NCBI RefSeq assembly: GCF_001194135.2
Contig: NC_068984.1
Location: forward strand, 37,168,230-37,231,772
DNA from: Octopus bimaculoides
Lineage: Eukaryota
Length of the DNA: 63,543 nt
Direction of reading: 5' to 3'
Position numbers and translations under genes: made by a program. Below, piece by piece: positions 38,617 through 50,673 of this stretch; the first letter of the stretch is position 1, and every line of letters starts with the position of its first letter. The notes beneath the pieces were generated by a model that saw only the letters and a program-made list of their open reading frames with translations, did no database searches and was not told the origin of the DNA.

Positions 38617-38910
38617 TGGCACTCCGTTGTTGTTACGACGAGGGTTCCAGTTGATCTGATCAACGGAACAGCCTGCTCATTAAATGAACTTGCAAGTGGC
38701 TGAGTATTCCACAAACATGCATACCACTAAAGTAGTTGTTAGAGTGATCCAAAATGTGAGGGGATGGGTCTTTGAGCCACAAGCACTAATCATTTTTGCA
38801 AGCTGAGTGGACTGCAGCAACGTGAAATAAAATACTCAAGGACACAACGCTAGATATCGAACTCACGATCGTGAGCCGAATTCCCTAAACATTTAGCCAC
38901 GTGCCTTCAT
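38617..38910 (-). mobile_element. tRNA-derived SINE with a 3' tail shared with the 47423 SINE
   Basis: Minus strand: tRNA-like head, ttgtgtccttgag..atttcacgttgctgcagtccac, tail gcaggctgttccgttgatc.gatcaactggaaccctcg...cggagtgcca. Confidence 0.7.
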
Positions 38911-39397
38911 ATAACCCGCACACATATACACAAACGCGTATGCATATATGTGTGCACGACTTTGTTTGATCAATGTGAAGCCAAAGAGAACCTAATGAAA
39001 ATTTGCAGACAGCAATGTTATTTATCAAATAACAATGAAATACGTAAACAAACGAGGTAAAGGCAAATGATATACATAAACAACGAGGAAAATGGAAAAC
39101 AGGAGAAGTTAACACAGAGAAAGGGCCCTTCATCAATTGTCGGCTGTCTATCTACTCCTCATTTCGAGCATTCAATGGAGATATGAATCTTCAGAGACAG
39201 TTGCTCCCATAAATTCTAAAATAAAATTTAGGATTTATGGAGGGCCGAAGTTGGGAATGAAAAAATGTCAGTGGAGACATATAAGGAAACCGAACGAAAA
39301 CAAACATGGAGTGCCATTAGACGAGAACAAGAGGAAAATAGTGAACGGTGGGAGAATTTTTTTTTTTTAGACGAAAAGATAGAAGAAAGAGACAAAC

Positions 39398-39913
39398 ACT
39401 GAGGCTTTGTATCGTTTAACAACACACATAAGTTAAGTCTATGATATTGATAATGCTTATTCTCTATCTGTTTATTTTCTCGTGTTCCTACCTATTGAAG
39501 AGCGTAGGCTCGAAACGTAAAATATTTTCTTACCTTCCCGAGCGTTAAACTAATACACCTGTTTGTTGTTTATACACCTGTCTTCGTCTTTTGAATTTTG
39601 TAAATTCCAAATTTATGTATATATATATATATATGTATGTACATANNNNNNNNNNNNNNNNNNNNNNNNNNNNNNNNNNNNNNNNNNNNNNNNNNNNNNN
39701 NNNNNNNNNNNNNNNNNNNNNNNNNNNNNNNNNNNNNNNNNNNNNNNNNNNNNNNNNNNNNNNNNNNNNNNNNNNNNNNNNNNNNNNNNNNNNNNNNNNN
39801 NNNNNNNNNNNNNNNNNNATATATACACATATATATATATATGGGGGGGTGTAAACGTTATCAATATCACAGACTTAACTTATGTGTGTTGTTAAACGAT
39901 ACAAAGCCTCAGT
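39398..39913. repeat. 62-bp inverted repeat pair enclosing a Penelope-terminus-like tract, a microsatellite and an N gap
   Basis: 39398-39459 is the reverse complement of 39852-39913 with about 3 mismatches; inside, TTGAAGA-gcgtaggctc-GAAACGTA at 39495-39519. Confidence 0.6.
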
Positions 39914-39929
39914 ATTTCTTCTAAGGGAG

Positions 39930-40119
39930 ATCCGTTTAAAGATTTCTGTTTAAAGGCGTATAGTGTTAAGAAGCACAGCGTACTTCAAAGATAGTCAAAA
40001 GGATATCGCTACGGAAGTGAACGAGTGTGCAGATACCGATAATTCGAGGTAATAGCTGCTCACCAGTCACATACTCCTCCACTTCCGGAACAAATCGCAA
40101 TAGCCACCCAGAGGTAAGT
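39930..40119 (+). promoter_or_regulatory. Possible promoter/first exon
   Basis: CpG-enriched patch with two ETS-type motifs (CGGAAGTG at 40012, CACTTCCGG at 40080) and a strong donor GAG|GTAAGT at 40114. Motif evidence only. Confidence 0.25.
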
Positions 40120-41114
40120 ATACTACGAGTGTAAGAACTATTTTCTGAAGTGCAAAAGCGTCGCACTAGTTAACCGAAATTCGAATTCCGTGAACATGCA
40201 TACGTTAAATACATGATATTGATAATGCTTACATTATTGAGATTGAACCGCTTGTAACAAGAAATTCGAATACAATATATAAGGATGAAGTGATACTAAC
40301 GTGTGCTGATACGTCTTTATAGTAAGTAGACCCTATACCAGTGGTGTGGATATTTTCGCCGGGAGATTCATTTTTGAACGTTCGATTGATGATCAATCTA
40401 TGAGATGTTTATTTATTTTTATTTTATCTCTGCGTTTCGTTTAACATTGCACCATGTTTATGAGTGTTGCTTCCATCATTAAACCTGCATTTTTAAGAAT
40501 AATTCCGTAAGTACAGATGTGTTCTCTACGATATTCCTATTCAGTTTGATTTTTGGCTGAGTAGTATTATATATACAGAAAAATCTCCTTGCAGTAAGTG
40601 CATGTTAATCCGACAGAAAATTACCGCACTTGTAACTTGCATGCCCACTAGGTCCATTGAATTGGTGAATTGCAAATTCAAGTATGCAATATATTTTATA
40701 AATCACTTTGGACATTAGTGGCTTGTTCATGGCTTTACATGCTTATCATCTGTTATTGTGACTTTTTCTTTTAATTTTAGTGTTTTTGTGGTATATTTAT
40801 GGCATAGTGTAAGCATTCTATGCTACGTTTTATAGAGCTTTGGATAATATATTCAACTGTATTGTAGTTAGTATGTGTTTGATTCATGCAATACACATGT
40901 TTTGTTTGTGTACATCTAATTGAAGTGTATAATTTATTATTGTGTTGTGTATCGTCTTGTATTGTTCTACGGCTTACCCTATCAGTTTCATAGAATACCC
41001 GATGTTGATTAATGTGTTTTATTCTGAAGATTTATTTGTTTAGCACTTTGTTAACGGCATAATCCGTATGCTTTTCAAAGAAGTGATTTTACAACTGACA
41101 TTTTGTATCTATAG

Positions 41115-41133
41115 GGAAATTCGATGCTTTCAC
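41115..41133 (+). other. Candidate 19-nt microexon
   Basis: ctgac branch-like motif, ttttgtatctatag|GGAAATTCGATGCTTTCAC|gtaagt. Confidence 0.25.
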
Positions 41134-42770
41134 GTAAGTTTATGCATTTATGCGTGGTTTTGATGTAAACGGACGCGATGTATCATTTTCTATCTGAACG
41201 TTTATGTCTAGAAGTGGAATCATTTTATTGCTAGAAGTGGAATCATTTTATACTATTCAGGATATTGACGTTTAGTACAGAGCTATTTTGTTGATCTTTC
41301 CATTAATTTCATAGCATATTCCAATTTGACCTTTACAAGCGGTACAGGCTCAAGGAGCCTGATGTATATAATTTTGTCGTTGTTGCAATATGTTCTGTAT
41401 TCGGTTGCATGGGAGTACTTAGAATTAAATCCATGGGCACTACTTGTTGATTTACAGTGTACATTGTGGATACCGAAAGGATACTTCTTTTGAGAATAAT
41501 AACAATATTACTAATTTCTTCCGTTATGTTTCATGCTACTACGAGTAGGTTAATTATTAGATGTTTCTTTAGAGTATATAACATAGTCAGATGCTTCAAA
41601 AAGACCTCTTACCATTTATTTCAATGTAGGAATTGATAGGTGCACTCTTATTCAAGAGTATGGAACTCAATGCTGTTTTTTTTTTATTCTGCTGTATGAA
41701 CTTTGGCAAAAAGGCTTTACACATCTAATGTTTTTGTGACAGTAACGTTGGTAAAAAAAAAAAAGAATTACTTTCCGAGTCTAACGTGCGATTCTTACTT
41801 AAACATTTCGCGAAAGTATGAAGACCAACAACGCTCTACACACCATAAAGTGGAGGACCGCAATGAATTCTTGATCCGAAATTTTTACTAAACGAAAGCA
41901 TCTGGATAAGCTTCTATTACGGGACTGAAAAATATCACCCTCTCTGTATTAAGCATAGAGTTTCACTTTAACCATTCTTCGTTGAATTTATTACATCAAC
42001 AATTGCTATTTCCAATTCTTCCAGATAAAGGGGACACAACTTTAAGAGCGCTTGTCCCCATACTGTCTTCTCGTTTGTATCTAAGTTCTTATCCCGTTCT
42101 TTCTCTCTTTTTATATATATAAAATCAAAATAAGCAACACGGATTTTAAAGATGATTGCAGTACGCACGTTTCATGTTACTCCATTTATTTAAGTAATGC
42201 GAGCATTACATTAAATGCAATATGTAGAGCAATCTTCAGCTGCACGAAAATGTAGAAAATTACAGTAGAATAGACATATTATAATTGTGGCAACATTTCA
42301 AATCCAAGTGGGAAGAAGAAAACATAAAAATCCATCTTGACATAGCCAAGGCTCTCAGGCTAGTAATTGGTTCTAGGCAGACATTCTAACTGTCTCTGAT
42401 TTTATTGTCTCTTATCTAGTAGTTATAGTATAAGGGGCAATCACTTGTAAGGAAAGGAAAGGTGTAAGCATTATACATGGATATGGTTATAAAGGTTTCT
42501 CTGGTCAGAGTGGCAGCACTGTTATAGGTTGGGGTTTTTCTACTACTATTATAATGTTGAGGAATTNNNNNNNNNNNNNNNNNNNNNNNNNNNNNNNNNN
42601 NNNNNNNNNNNNNNNNNNNNNNNNNNNNNNNNNNNNNNNNNNNNNNNNNNNNNNNNNNNNNNNNNNNNNNNNNNNNNNNNNNNNNNNNNNNNNNNNNNNN
42701 NNNNNNNNNNNNNNNNNNNNNNNNNNNNNNNNNNNNNNNNNNNNNNNNNNNNNNNNNNNNNNNNNNNNNN

Positions 42771-42835
<65 letters not shown>

Positions 42836-43349
42836 AATTATATATATATACATGTCCCTATGAACTGATGCATATATACTATACAAAATGTATATATGTA
42901 TATGCAAACACAAGCGCGCATATATACATACATGCACACATACATACATTCATGTGTGTCTGTGAATGTGCGTGTATGTATATAAATTATGAAGGGAAGA
43001 TGTTATGTCCATACCATTTATACATACTCCAAGATCGGTGGACGCCTCTACGAAGAAAAATATCTGTAATATCAGAAGAAATTCGCTGCCATATGAAGGA
43101 CGAACCACAGTAAGGTGCTAAATAGAGTGTCAAGAAGGACGAAAAGTGGAAAGACACAGTCACGAATGAAGACAACTTCGATGTGCACAAAATATGGCAG
43201 CAGCAGTAGAAAAATAAGTAGAATGAAACAACCCGCTTATGGCCCAGTAGTTGTCGTGTGTTTGTGAGCAGCGTCATGCCAGTGAGTTGAGTACTTTCTC
43301 TGTTGGGGTGATCTATGATGTTGAGTGCGTAACAGTTACACTTTCCCTA

Positions 43350-43895
43350 ATACGGGTGCTGTATTCCTTGCGGAATATTTTCTGGTTTTCGAGCGAAACA
43401 CTAACATCTCATTTTAACAGATGTCGGTAACACTGACATCTCATTTTAACAGACATATTTACCAAAATTACATTAAAAATATCTTGAAATATCAAAGAGT
43501 AAATTTATTCAATAGAATTGCCATTGGCTTCAACCACAGCCTCCATACAACTTCTGAACCTCCTGCTACTCTTCTAAACGGTCTCCTGGTTTACGTTGGT
43601 GAATGCTGACATAATCCTTGCCTTCAGTCCATCTGCAGTCTGGGGAGTTAGGTTGTCAAATGTTAGGGGTGATGATGTGGTCGCAGAAGTTGTCTGACTG
43701 TCATGACTGGGTTCTCCTGCTTGTGTGGCATGGTGCAGAGTCCTATATGCCAAACATAGAATCTTCCAGCAGCCACCCTCTTGACTCAGAGCAGCAGTAC
43801 CTCTTCCAGGCACTTGATGTAAGCCTTCGTGTTGAGGCTGGAGGCGTCACTGATGATCACTCCAAACACCATGATGTTGACTGGATGTTTGATAT
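43350..43895 (-). mobile_element. maT/DD37D-type Tc1-mariner 3' fragment, deleted
   Basis: PVNIMMFGVI.SD, LNTKAYIKCLEEVLL..VKRVAAGR.YVW, PNSPDC (downstream NPLDY region deleted), LKARIMSAFTNVNQETV..S.RRFRSCMEAVVEANG. Confidence 0.75.
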
Positions 43896-44285
43896 GTTTA
43901 TATCTCGCTCAAAGATTTAATATAACATTCCCTCTCTTCTACGAGATCAGCGACAGTGAATCGCTAGAAAAATATTGAGTAATTTACGAGTGGAATGAGC
44001 TTCCATCACTAGCTGGTGATTAACACATGCTGAGGACGGGTAACCATCAAGAAACTCGAGTCTGTGTGTGTCACGTGAGGCTAGAGATGGGAGCCATGAC
44101 CTCCCGTCGCAAATACTAATCGGACACAGAATGTATGTCGTTAGCCAACTGGAGGAGATGTCTTCCTGACGCTATAAGCATCAGTAGAACGGTCCTGTAT
44201 AGGACGCCACATCTAGTTGCCAAATATATGTTAAGGTTCCGTAGTGCTACTGTTTATATCTCGCTCAGAGATTTAATAAAAGAGA

Positions 44286-44334
<49 letters not shown>

Positions 44335-44416
44335 NNNNNNNNNNNNNNNNNNNNNNNNNNNNNNNNNNNNNNNNNNNNNNNNNNNNNNNNNNNNNNNNNN
44401 NNNNNNNNNNNNNNNN

Positions 44417-44795
44417 AAACCAGACAGTGTTTTGAAAAAACACCCACACAGATTGCACCTCTGATTTGCACTACCAATACCTGCAAGTAAGTTCTGCTCA
44501 TTGTGGATCCTAACATGTCTTTTAAGACCCCCATTGGATTTGCAAACCCTCTGGCACACACCACATTCAAACGTGTGCACAGACATGTAATCAGAATAGC
44601 TGGATGAGGTTTGTTTTCCATGGGTTCGCAGGTGAGATTTGAGGCCAGCCAAGGACAGACATGGTCTGTCACAGACTGTGCACACAAAAAGGTCCTTGTC
44701 ATTCAACTTCTCAGTCTTTACATTTTTCCTTAAATGTCTCTTGAGCCCTGCTTGCATCATCCTGGCCTCTTCAAATGCTTTCACTCCACTCCAAG
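44417..44795 (-). mobile_element. 5'-truncated RTE LINE 3' end encoding tandem C2H2 zinc fingers
   Basis: Open for 122 codons up to the gap: WSGVKAFEEAR...KRHLRK, CTVC-x12-HLRTH, CGVC-x12-HVRIH, CNLCGCFFKTLSG (cut by the gap). Confidence 0.75.
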
Positions 44796-44978
44796 GAAAT
44801 AAAGCACCGTAAAGGTAAAATTATAAATAGGAAATAATGGCACAGCAAAGTATCAATTTTTCGCCACCCGCACGCATCTTTGCTTCTATACATTCATTGA
44901 ATCTTTACCTAGCATCGACCGGTTATCGACTGTTATTTCCAGTAAAAATTGGTACCTTGTTGTGCCACTATTTCCTAC

Positions 44979-45038
<60 letters not shown>

Positions 45039-45864
45039 CTGTATGTATGTATATACGAATGTATGTATATGTAGAGCTTTGTAATTTATTTTGAGAGAGA
45101 GAGAGAGAGAGAGGAATGTACGTGAGTGTGTTTCGTATGTTACTACATTTATGTATATACGTGCGTGTCTCTGCTTTCGCCCTCTATCTGTGTGCAGTGT
45201 GTGTATTGCCACTTATCTTTCGTCATTGATCCTCAATACAATTCAATACGCTTTCCTACACTTCACATATTTCATCACCCAGACGTTCTTTTCACTAACG
45301 ACATATGCTGTTTCCCGCTGAAACAATGCCAAACGAATAGGATGTTAATAATAATTCTGTTGGCAGTTTTCATTCCTCTGAGTTTTCAACTATACAACAC
45401 AATACAATATGTAATTAACCAGAAATTGTCGTTTTGTAGCATTTAATACACAATGCGGATCTTATCGTTTAATCGAAATATCGTAGCTGTCTATTCTGGA
45501 AGTAACACCAGCCAGCAAGCTCCGATTTCCTTTTATAAAGAAATAGTAGAGATAACAACTATTTGGTTATTGATGTCTCGCCTATTAGAGGTTTGGTCGG
45601 ATGAGGCTTCCTCCGCTCACTTTCAGTATTAGTATTACTTCCTTTCAGCCCATATATATATATATATATATATACATATATGTATATTGTTGTGTCTGAG
45701 GAGTCATAATGCCTTACTATAACACACCGACCGGTTCAATTTCCACTTATTTATTCATTTTGTTATTCGAGAATGCATTTTCGTAGCTGCATTTAGAACT
45801 GTATCAATGGATTTTCATTCTGACAGTCAGAGTCAAAATCCATTGATACAGTCGGAAATATTTG

Positions 45865-46062
45865 TGTGTCTGTGTTTGGTCCACCCACAATCGCTTAACA
45901 ACCACTGTTGGTGTGTCTTCGCCCACGTAACTTAGAACTTCAGCAAAAGACCGCGGTAGAATAAGTACTCAGCTTACAAAGATTAAGTCTTGGGGTCGAT
46001 TTGTTCGACTATAGGCAGTGCTCCAGCATGGCCACAGTCAAATGACTGAAACAAGTCAAAGA

Positions 46063-46065
<3 letters not shown>
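45865..46065 (+). mobile_element. SINE 3' half (31882 family)
   Basis: Aligns with 32140-32310. Confidence 0.7.
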
Positions 46066-46123
<58 letters not shown>

Positions 46124-46190
46124 GACAGAGACAGAGACAGACAGAGACACAGAGAGAGAGAGGGAGAGGGAGAGAGAGAGAGAGGGGGGG

Positions 46191-46385
46191 CGGGAAGGCC
46201 GGTTTATGTGATTACCCTGGGTTTCCCGTCCGTAAAGGGTTTCGCCTTATGGCGCATCGTCAATCCCCAAAACGTGTTGGCCTAAGAGGTCTTAGGTCAA
46301 CAGGTTTTGAGGTCTGACGATACTCTATAAACTAAACCCTTTATAGACGGGAAACCCAGATTAGTCCCATAAACCGGCCTTCCCC
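46191..46385. mobile_element. GC-rich MITE with TIRs of about 52 bp
   Basis: gggaaggccggtttatg...ctgggtttcccgtc..taaagggttt at 46192-46242 matches the reverse complement of 46334-46385; TSD obscured by (AG)n. Confidence 0.8.
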
Positions 46386-46529
46386 ATTAAAATATAAACT
46401 GCTCTACATCTCAGAGCGTGTTTCTTCTTTGGATTTTTGTTTTCTACAAACGATATATATATTAGTTCTTTAATTATTTCTTTTATACGTTTCAGCCCCT
46501 AAGCTGTGACCATGCTTGGAGCACCACCA

Positions 46530-47060
46530 GTGTCATCATCTTTTCAATGATCAGTCTTATGTAACTGGCTTTTGGTGAAGGAGGGAGTTAGATCCTGCAG
46601 CCCTCTTTTGAGTTTCCTACCATGACATAGGTTCATCTGGGATCTTGGTTAGCAGGCGCTCAAGTTGTTTCTTGAAAACATCTGCCTATACCCCATAAAG
46701 ACACCCCAGATGTATTGGCAAGGCGTTAAATATCAGTGGACCATTGAACCCCAAGCTATTTCAGTGCATGTTCCTCACTCTAGACGGGATAGCAGGGACC
46801 TCTGGAACAGTGCATTGATGTCCAGTTCGGGGGCTAGTATAGCCCTCAGTACCAAAGTTTGATGACAGCCCCTCCCGGATCTTCCATACGTATATCACTG
46901 TATACCTTTCCCGTCTTCGCTTCAATGAGTAGAATCGTATCTATTTCAGTCTCTCCCAGTAGCTCAGCTGTCCCATATTTACCATTTGTTTCACTTTATC
47001 TGGTAGATGATGTGAGCACACAAATACGCATTATTATAGTCGAAGGTCATTTGGTCAGAG
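46530..47060 (-). mobile_element. CR1/L2-group LINE 3' fragment
   Basis: LSYWERLK*IRFYSLKRRRERYTVIYVWKIREGL and DVFKKQLERLLTKIPDEP. Confidence 0.7.
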
Positions 47061-47422
47061 TACTTCAGTTGTAACCAAATTAAATAACTTATATTTCTTT
47101 TGCAGTATGCGAGAAGTATTTCGTAAAGAAGACAACTGAACCGATGAGATGTGTATCCAGCCTATATTTACAGATAGCCATGTAAATTCTAGCACTAAGC
47201 ATTTCAGCAAAAAATATTACAAGCAGTTGTTTTGTTTCTTGGAGTTGGAGCATTGCTGCCTGCTGAACAGTCTTAATCTCGTGATCACCGGCCTCACTCA
47301 CTATATTTGTCACTACTAGGCTTAAATTCATCTTATATGTAGACTTCTTAGCACTTGAAAGTAGGTTTATCTAGAAATATAGGCGTTCTGCCATAATTCT
47401 TCTAGTCATACATCAGTGTGCA

Positions 47423-47795
47423 GGTGCAATGGCCCAGTGGTTAGGGCAGCGGACTTGCGGTCATAGAATCGCGGTTTCGATTCCCAGACCGGGCGTTGTG
47501 AGTGTTTATTGAGCGAAAACACCTAAAGCTCCACGAGGCTCCGGCAGGGGATGGTGGCGATCCCTGTTGTACTCTTTCACCACAACTTTCTCTCACTCTT
47601 ACTTCCTGTGCCTGTAATTCAAAGAGTCGGCCTTATCACACTGTGTCGCGCTGAATATCCCCGAGAACTACGTTATGGGTACACGTGTCTGTAGAGTGCT
47701 CAGCCACTTGCACGTTAATTTCACGAGCAGGCTGTTCTGTTGATCGGATCAATTGGAACCCTCGACGTCGTAAGCGACGGAGTGCCAACAACAGC
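47423..47795 (+). mobile_element. Full-length tRNA-derived SINE
   Basis: A box TGGCCCAGTGG (47430), B box gtttcgattccc (47474), body, 3' tail shared with 38617 and an (AAC)n end. Confidence 0.85.
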
Positions 47796-49204
47796 AACAT
47801 ACATGCAGTATTTGAAGGACTCTAGTATCTCTTCGATGGCTGTTATTAATATTTTTGCTGTTTAGTCCCAGAACAGTCTTGACCGAGAAAACTTATGATC
47901 ATCCGTTGCGACTGAACTCGGATTATCTTGCCTTTTCTCGCAGGTAAAACAATTTCTTGCATTATTTTTTAAAAGACAGCAGAGTATGATTTGAGGAACA
48001 TTTGATTGTTTCTTCTCTCAGTTCAAGCAGAGATTCTATCTATGGTTCGTACTATGTCTAACATGCTTGTTTTGAGGTGTAGTATATTTCTGACTTCAAT
48101 GTCTAAAGTTACCTTCTTTGTCTGAGATGCTAATATGAGAGAAAATTAGCTGTTATTTCTAGAAGGTTGTTCGACCACGTAGAAACATTCTCATAGGTCC
48201 GTTGCTTTTAAGGATTCATGTAAGGCTTAATGTATTAGTTTTACTTGAATACTTTTACATTTTGTCTGTGCTTCAACTTGTAATATACCTCTTTACTTTC
48301 TTTCTGGTTGTTTTCTCGTTCCTGTTTCTTTTCCGTATTTTATTCACACTCTCTTCTCCATCTTATTGAGTTTTTTTTTTTATTCCTTTACTCTGGTTGT
48401 ATTCCATTCTTATTCAATTACATTCATTTTATTCTCTTTACTCTACAGTGAGTTCACACTTCTTTCGGTTGTTTTCTATTTAAGACTCACCCAATTCCTT
48501 TCTATCTGACTCTTTTTCCTTCCTACCCAGTATTCCACCAATCACACGCACATCCTTCGTTTCTCTTTCTCTTTCTCCATCATACAGACACACACACGTG
48601 CACACAATCACACAGACACTCACACACACACAATCGCACACCCACGCGCACGCTTATACATTCGTTTCACATATTCATTCATTCTCGTTCACTTCTTCCT
48701 ATTTAAACCAATGTTCTTTTTCTCCATATCACTATTGCTCCATCACGCCACATGCCGGCCTGTCTTTCTTTAACATTTTACACTCTTCCGAACTTTATTA
48801 GCTTTATCCTTCGATCAATGTATTTTCTCTGTTTCTCTTTTATTAAAATTGTTATCATTATTTTGTTTTCTAATCATCTTTTATTCTCTTCTTTTAGTTC
48901 AGGAAGATATTTAGGAAGATTTTTAATGTTTTTACCCTCTCTTCTCAATGGCTTTATCACGCCATAACTCACACAGATCTTAACTGCACACTCAAACAAT
49001 GCGCATTTATACTTACATACCCATACATATGCATGGGTATCTATATCAAGATCGATAAACATCTCTAAGTTCACTCACATACACAATCACACCGAAGAGC
49101 GTGCGTGTGCGCATGTTTCTGTGATGTATGTATGTGTGTGCGTGAGTGTGTGCCTATGTGTGTGCGCATGTACAAATTATCTCTCTCATACACACATATA
49201 TAGT

Positions 49205-49337
49205 TATATAGATCACGTGCTGTTGTAAAGGAAGCACCCTAGCCAAGTTGCCGCGCACTGGGTGTGAACCCCAAACCACATGAATGTGAAGTATATTTCT
49301 TAACCAGTCATGGTTGCGCCTATACACATATACACAA

Positions 49338-49374
<37 letters not shown>

Positions 49375-49570
49375 ACACGTACACGGACATAGGTACACGT
49401 GTGTCCGTGTGCGTGCATGTGTGTGTGCGCATATATTTGTGAGCATGTGTGTAGACGCAAATACGGCTGTGTGGTTAAGAAATGTACTTCAGCATCATTT
49501 AGTTTTGGATTCAGTCTCACTACGTAACACTTGGGGCACGGTGCTCCATGTGCAAAAGCACGTCCTCATT
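49205..49570. mobile_element. Two divergent SINE 5' heads (49205-49322 minus, 49453-49570 plus)
   Basis: Both read ggcgca/gacgca..tggttaagaaat.tacttca..catg/t..tt.gg.ttca..c.cag/t..g.ggca.cttgg..a.ggtgct and stop near gcacgt. Confidence 0.55.
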
Positions 49571-49632
49571 ATAACTCTGTGCGTGTGTGTGCGTGTGTGT
49601 ATTTATATATATACGCTCATATACACACATTC

Positions 49633-49665
<33 letters not shown>

Positions 49666-50308
49666 CACACACACATACATACATAGAATATGCATTCACA
49701 CATAAGCAGCATCGACTGTATGTGAGAATCTACAACATGCATGCCGCCTTCTTTTTGCAACTTCTCTCTTCTTTCTGTTTTACACACACACACACACACA
49801 TACACACACATATTCTTTCATTTCTACAGCTATGACTGCAGTCTCTTTTATATTTCTCCTAGAACATCACTGACTAACTTTAACAGCCTTTAAAAATGAT
49901 ATATATCTGTCCTAAACCTTTCGATATCGATATAAGCTTTCGTCTTTCCCTCTTCGCTTACTTTAACATTCTATCTTATATTTTCGCCAAACAGGAGCCT
50001 AGAATTCCCCAAATGGAAGACGGAAACTGGTAAAACGACGCCAATCCTTCAGAAACAATTTGTTGCCAGATTCTTTGAAACTTTTATTGCTTATTTTATT
50101 TATATTTTCCTTATTTCATCAGTTAGTCCTGCAGAATTGTAAAACATTGTCCATTTGCAAATTACCATATGTGTATCTGTTTATGCCTGTATGTGTGTGT
50201 TTTTACGCCTGTGTGCGTTTCAGTACATGGGTGCATGTGTCTGTGTGCGTGTGTGCATATGTGTGCACGAATATGTATGCGCATATGTGTACACACACAC
50301 ACGCACAG

Positions 50309-50342
<34 letters not shown>

Positions 50343-50625
50343 NNNNNNNNNNNNNNNNNNNNNNNNNNNNNNNNNNNNNNNNNNNNNNNNNNNNNNNNNN
50401 NNNNNNNNNNNNNNNNNNNNNNNNNNNNNNNNNNNNNNNNNNNNNNNNNNNNNNNNNNNNNNNNNNNNNNNNNNNNNNNNNNNNNNNNNNNNNNNNNNNN
50501 NNNNNNNNNNNNNNNNNNNNNNNNNNNNNNNNNNNNNNNNNNNNNNNNNNNNNNNNNNNNNNNNNNNNNNNNNNNNNNNNNNNNNNNNNNNNNNNNNNNN
50601 NNNNNNNNNNNNNNNNNNNNNNNNN

Positions 50626-50673
<48 letters not shown>

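Noticed and set aside
47423-47490. tRNA gene
   Set aside because: A/B boxes continue into a SINE body with a tail; no acceptor-stem closure.
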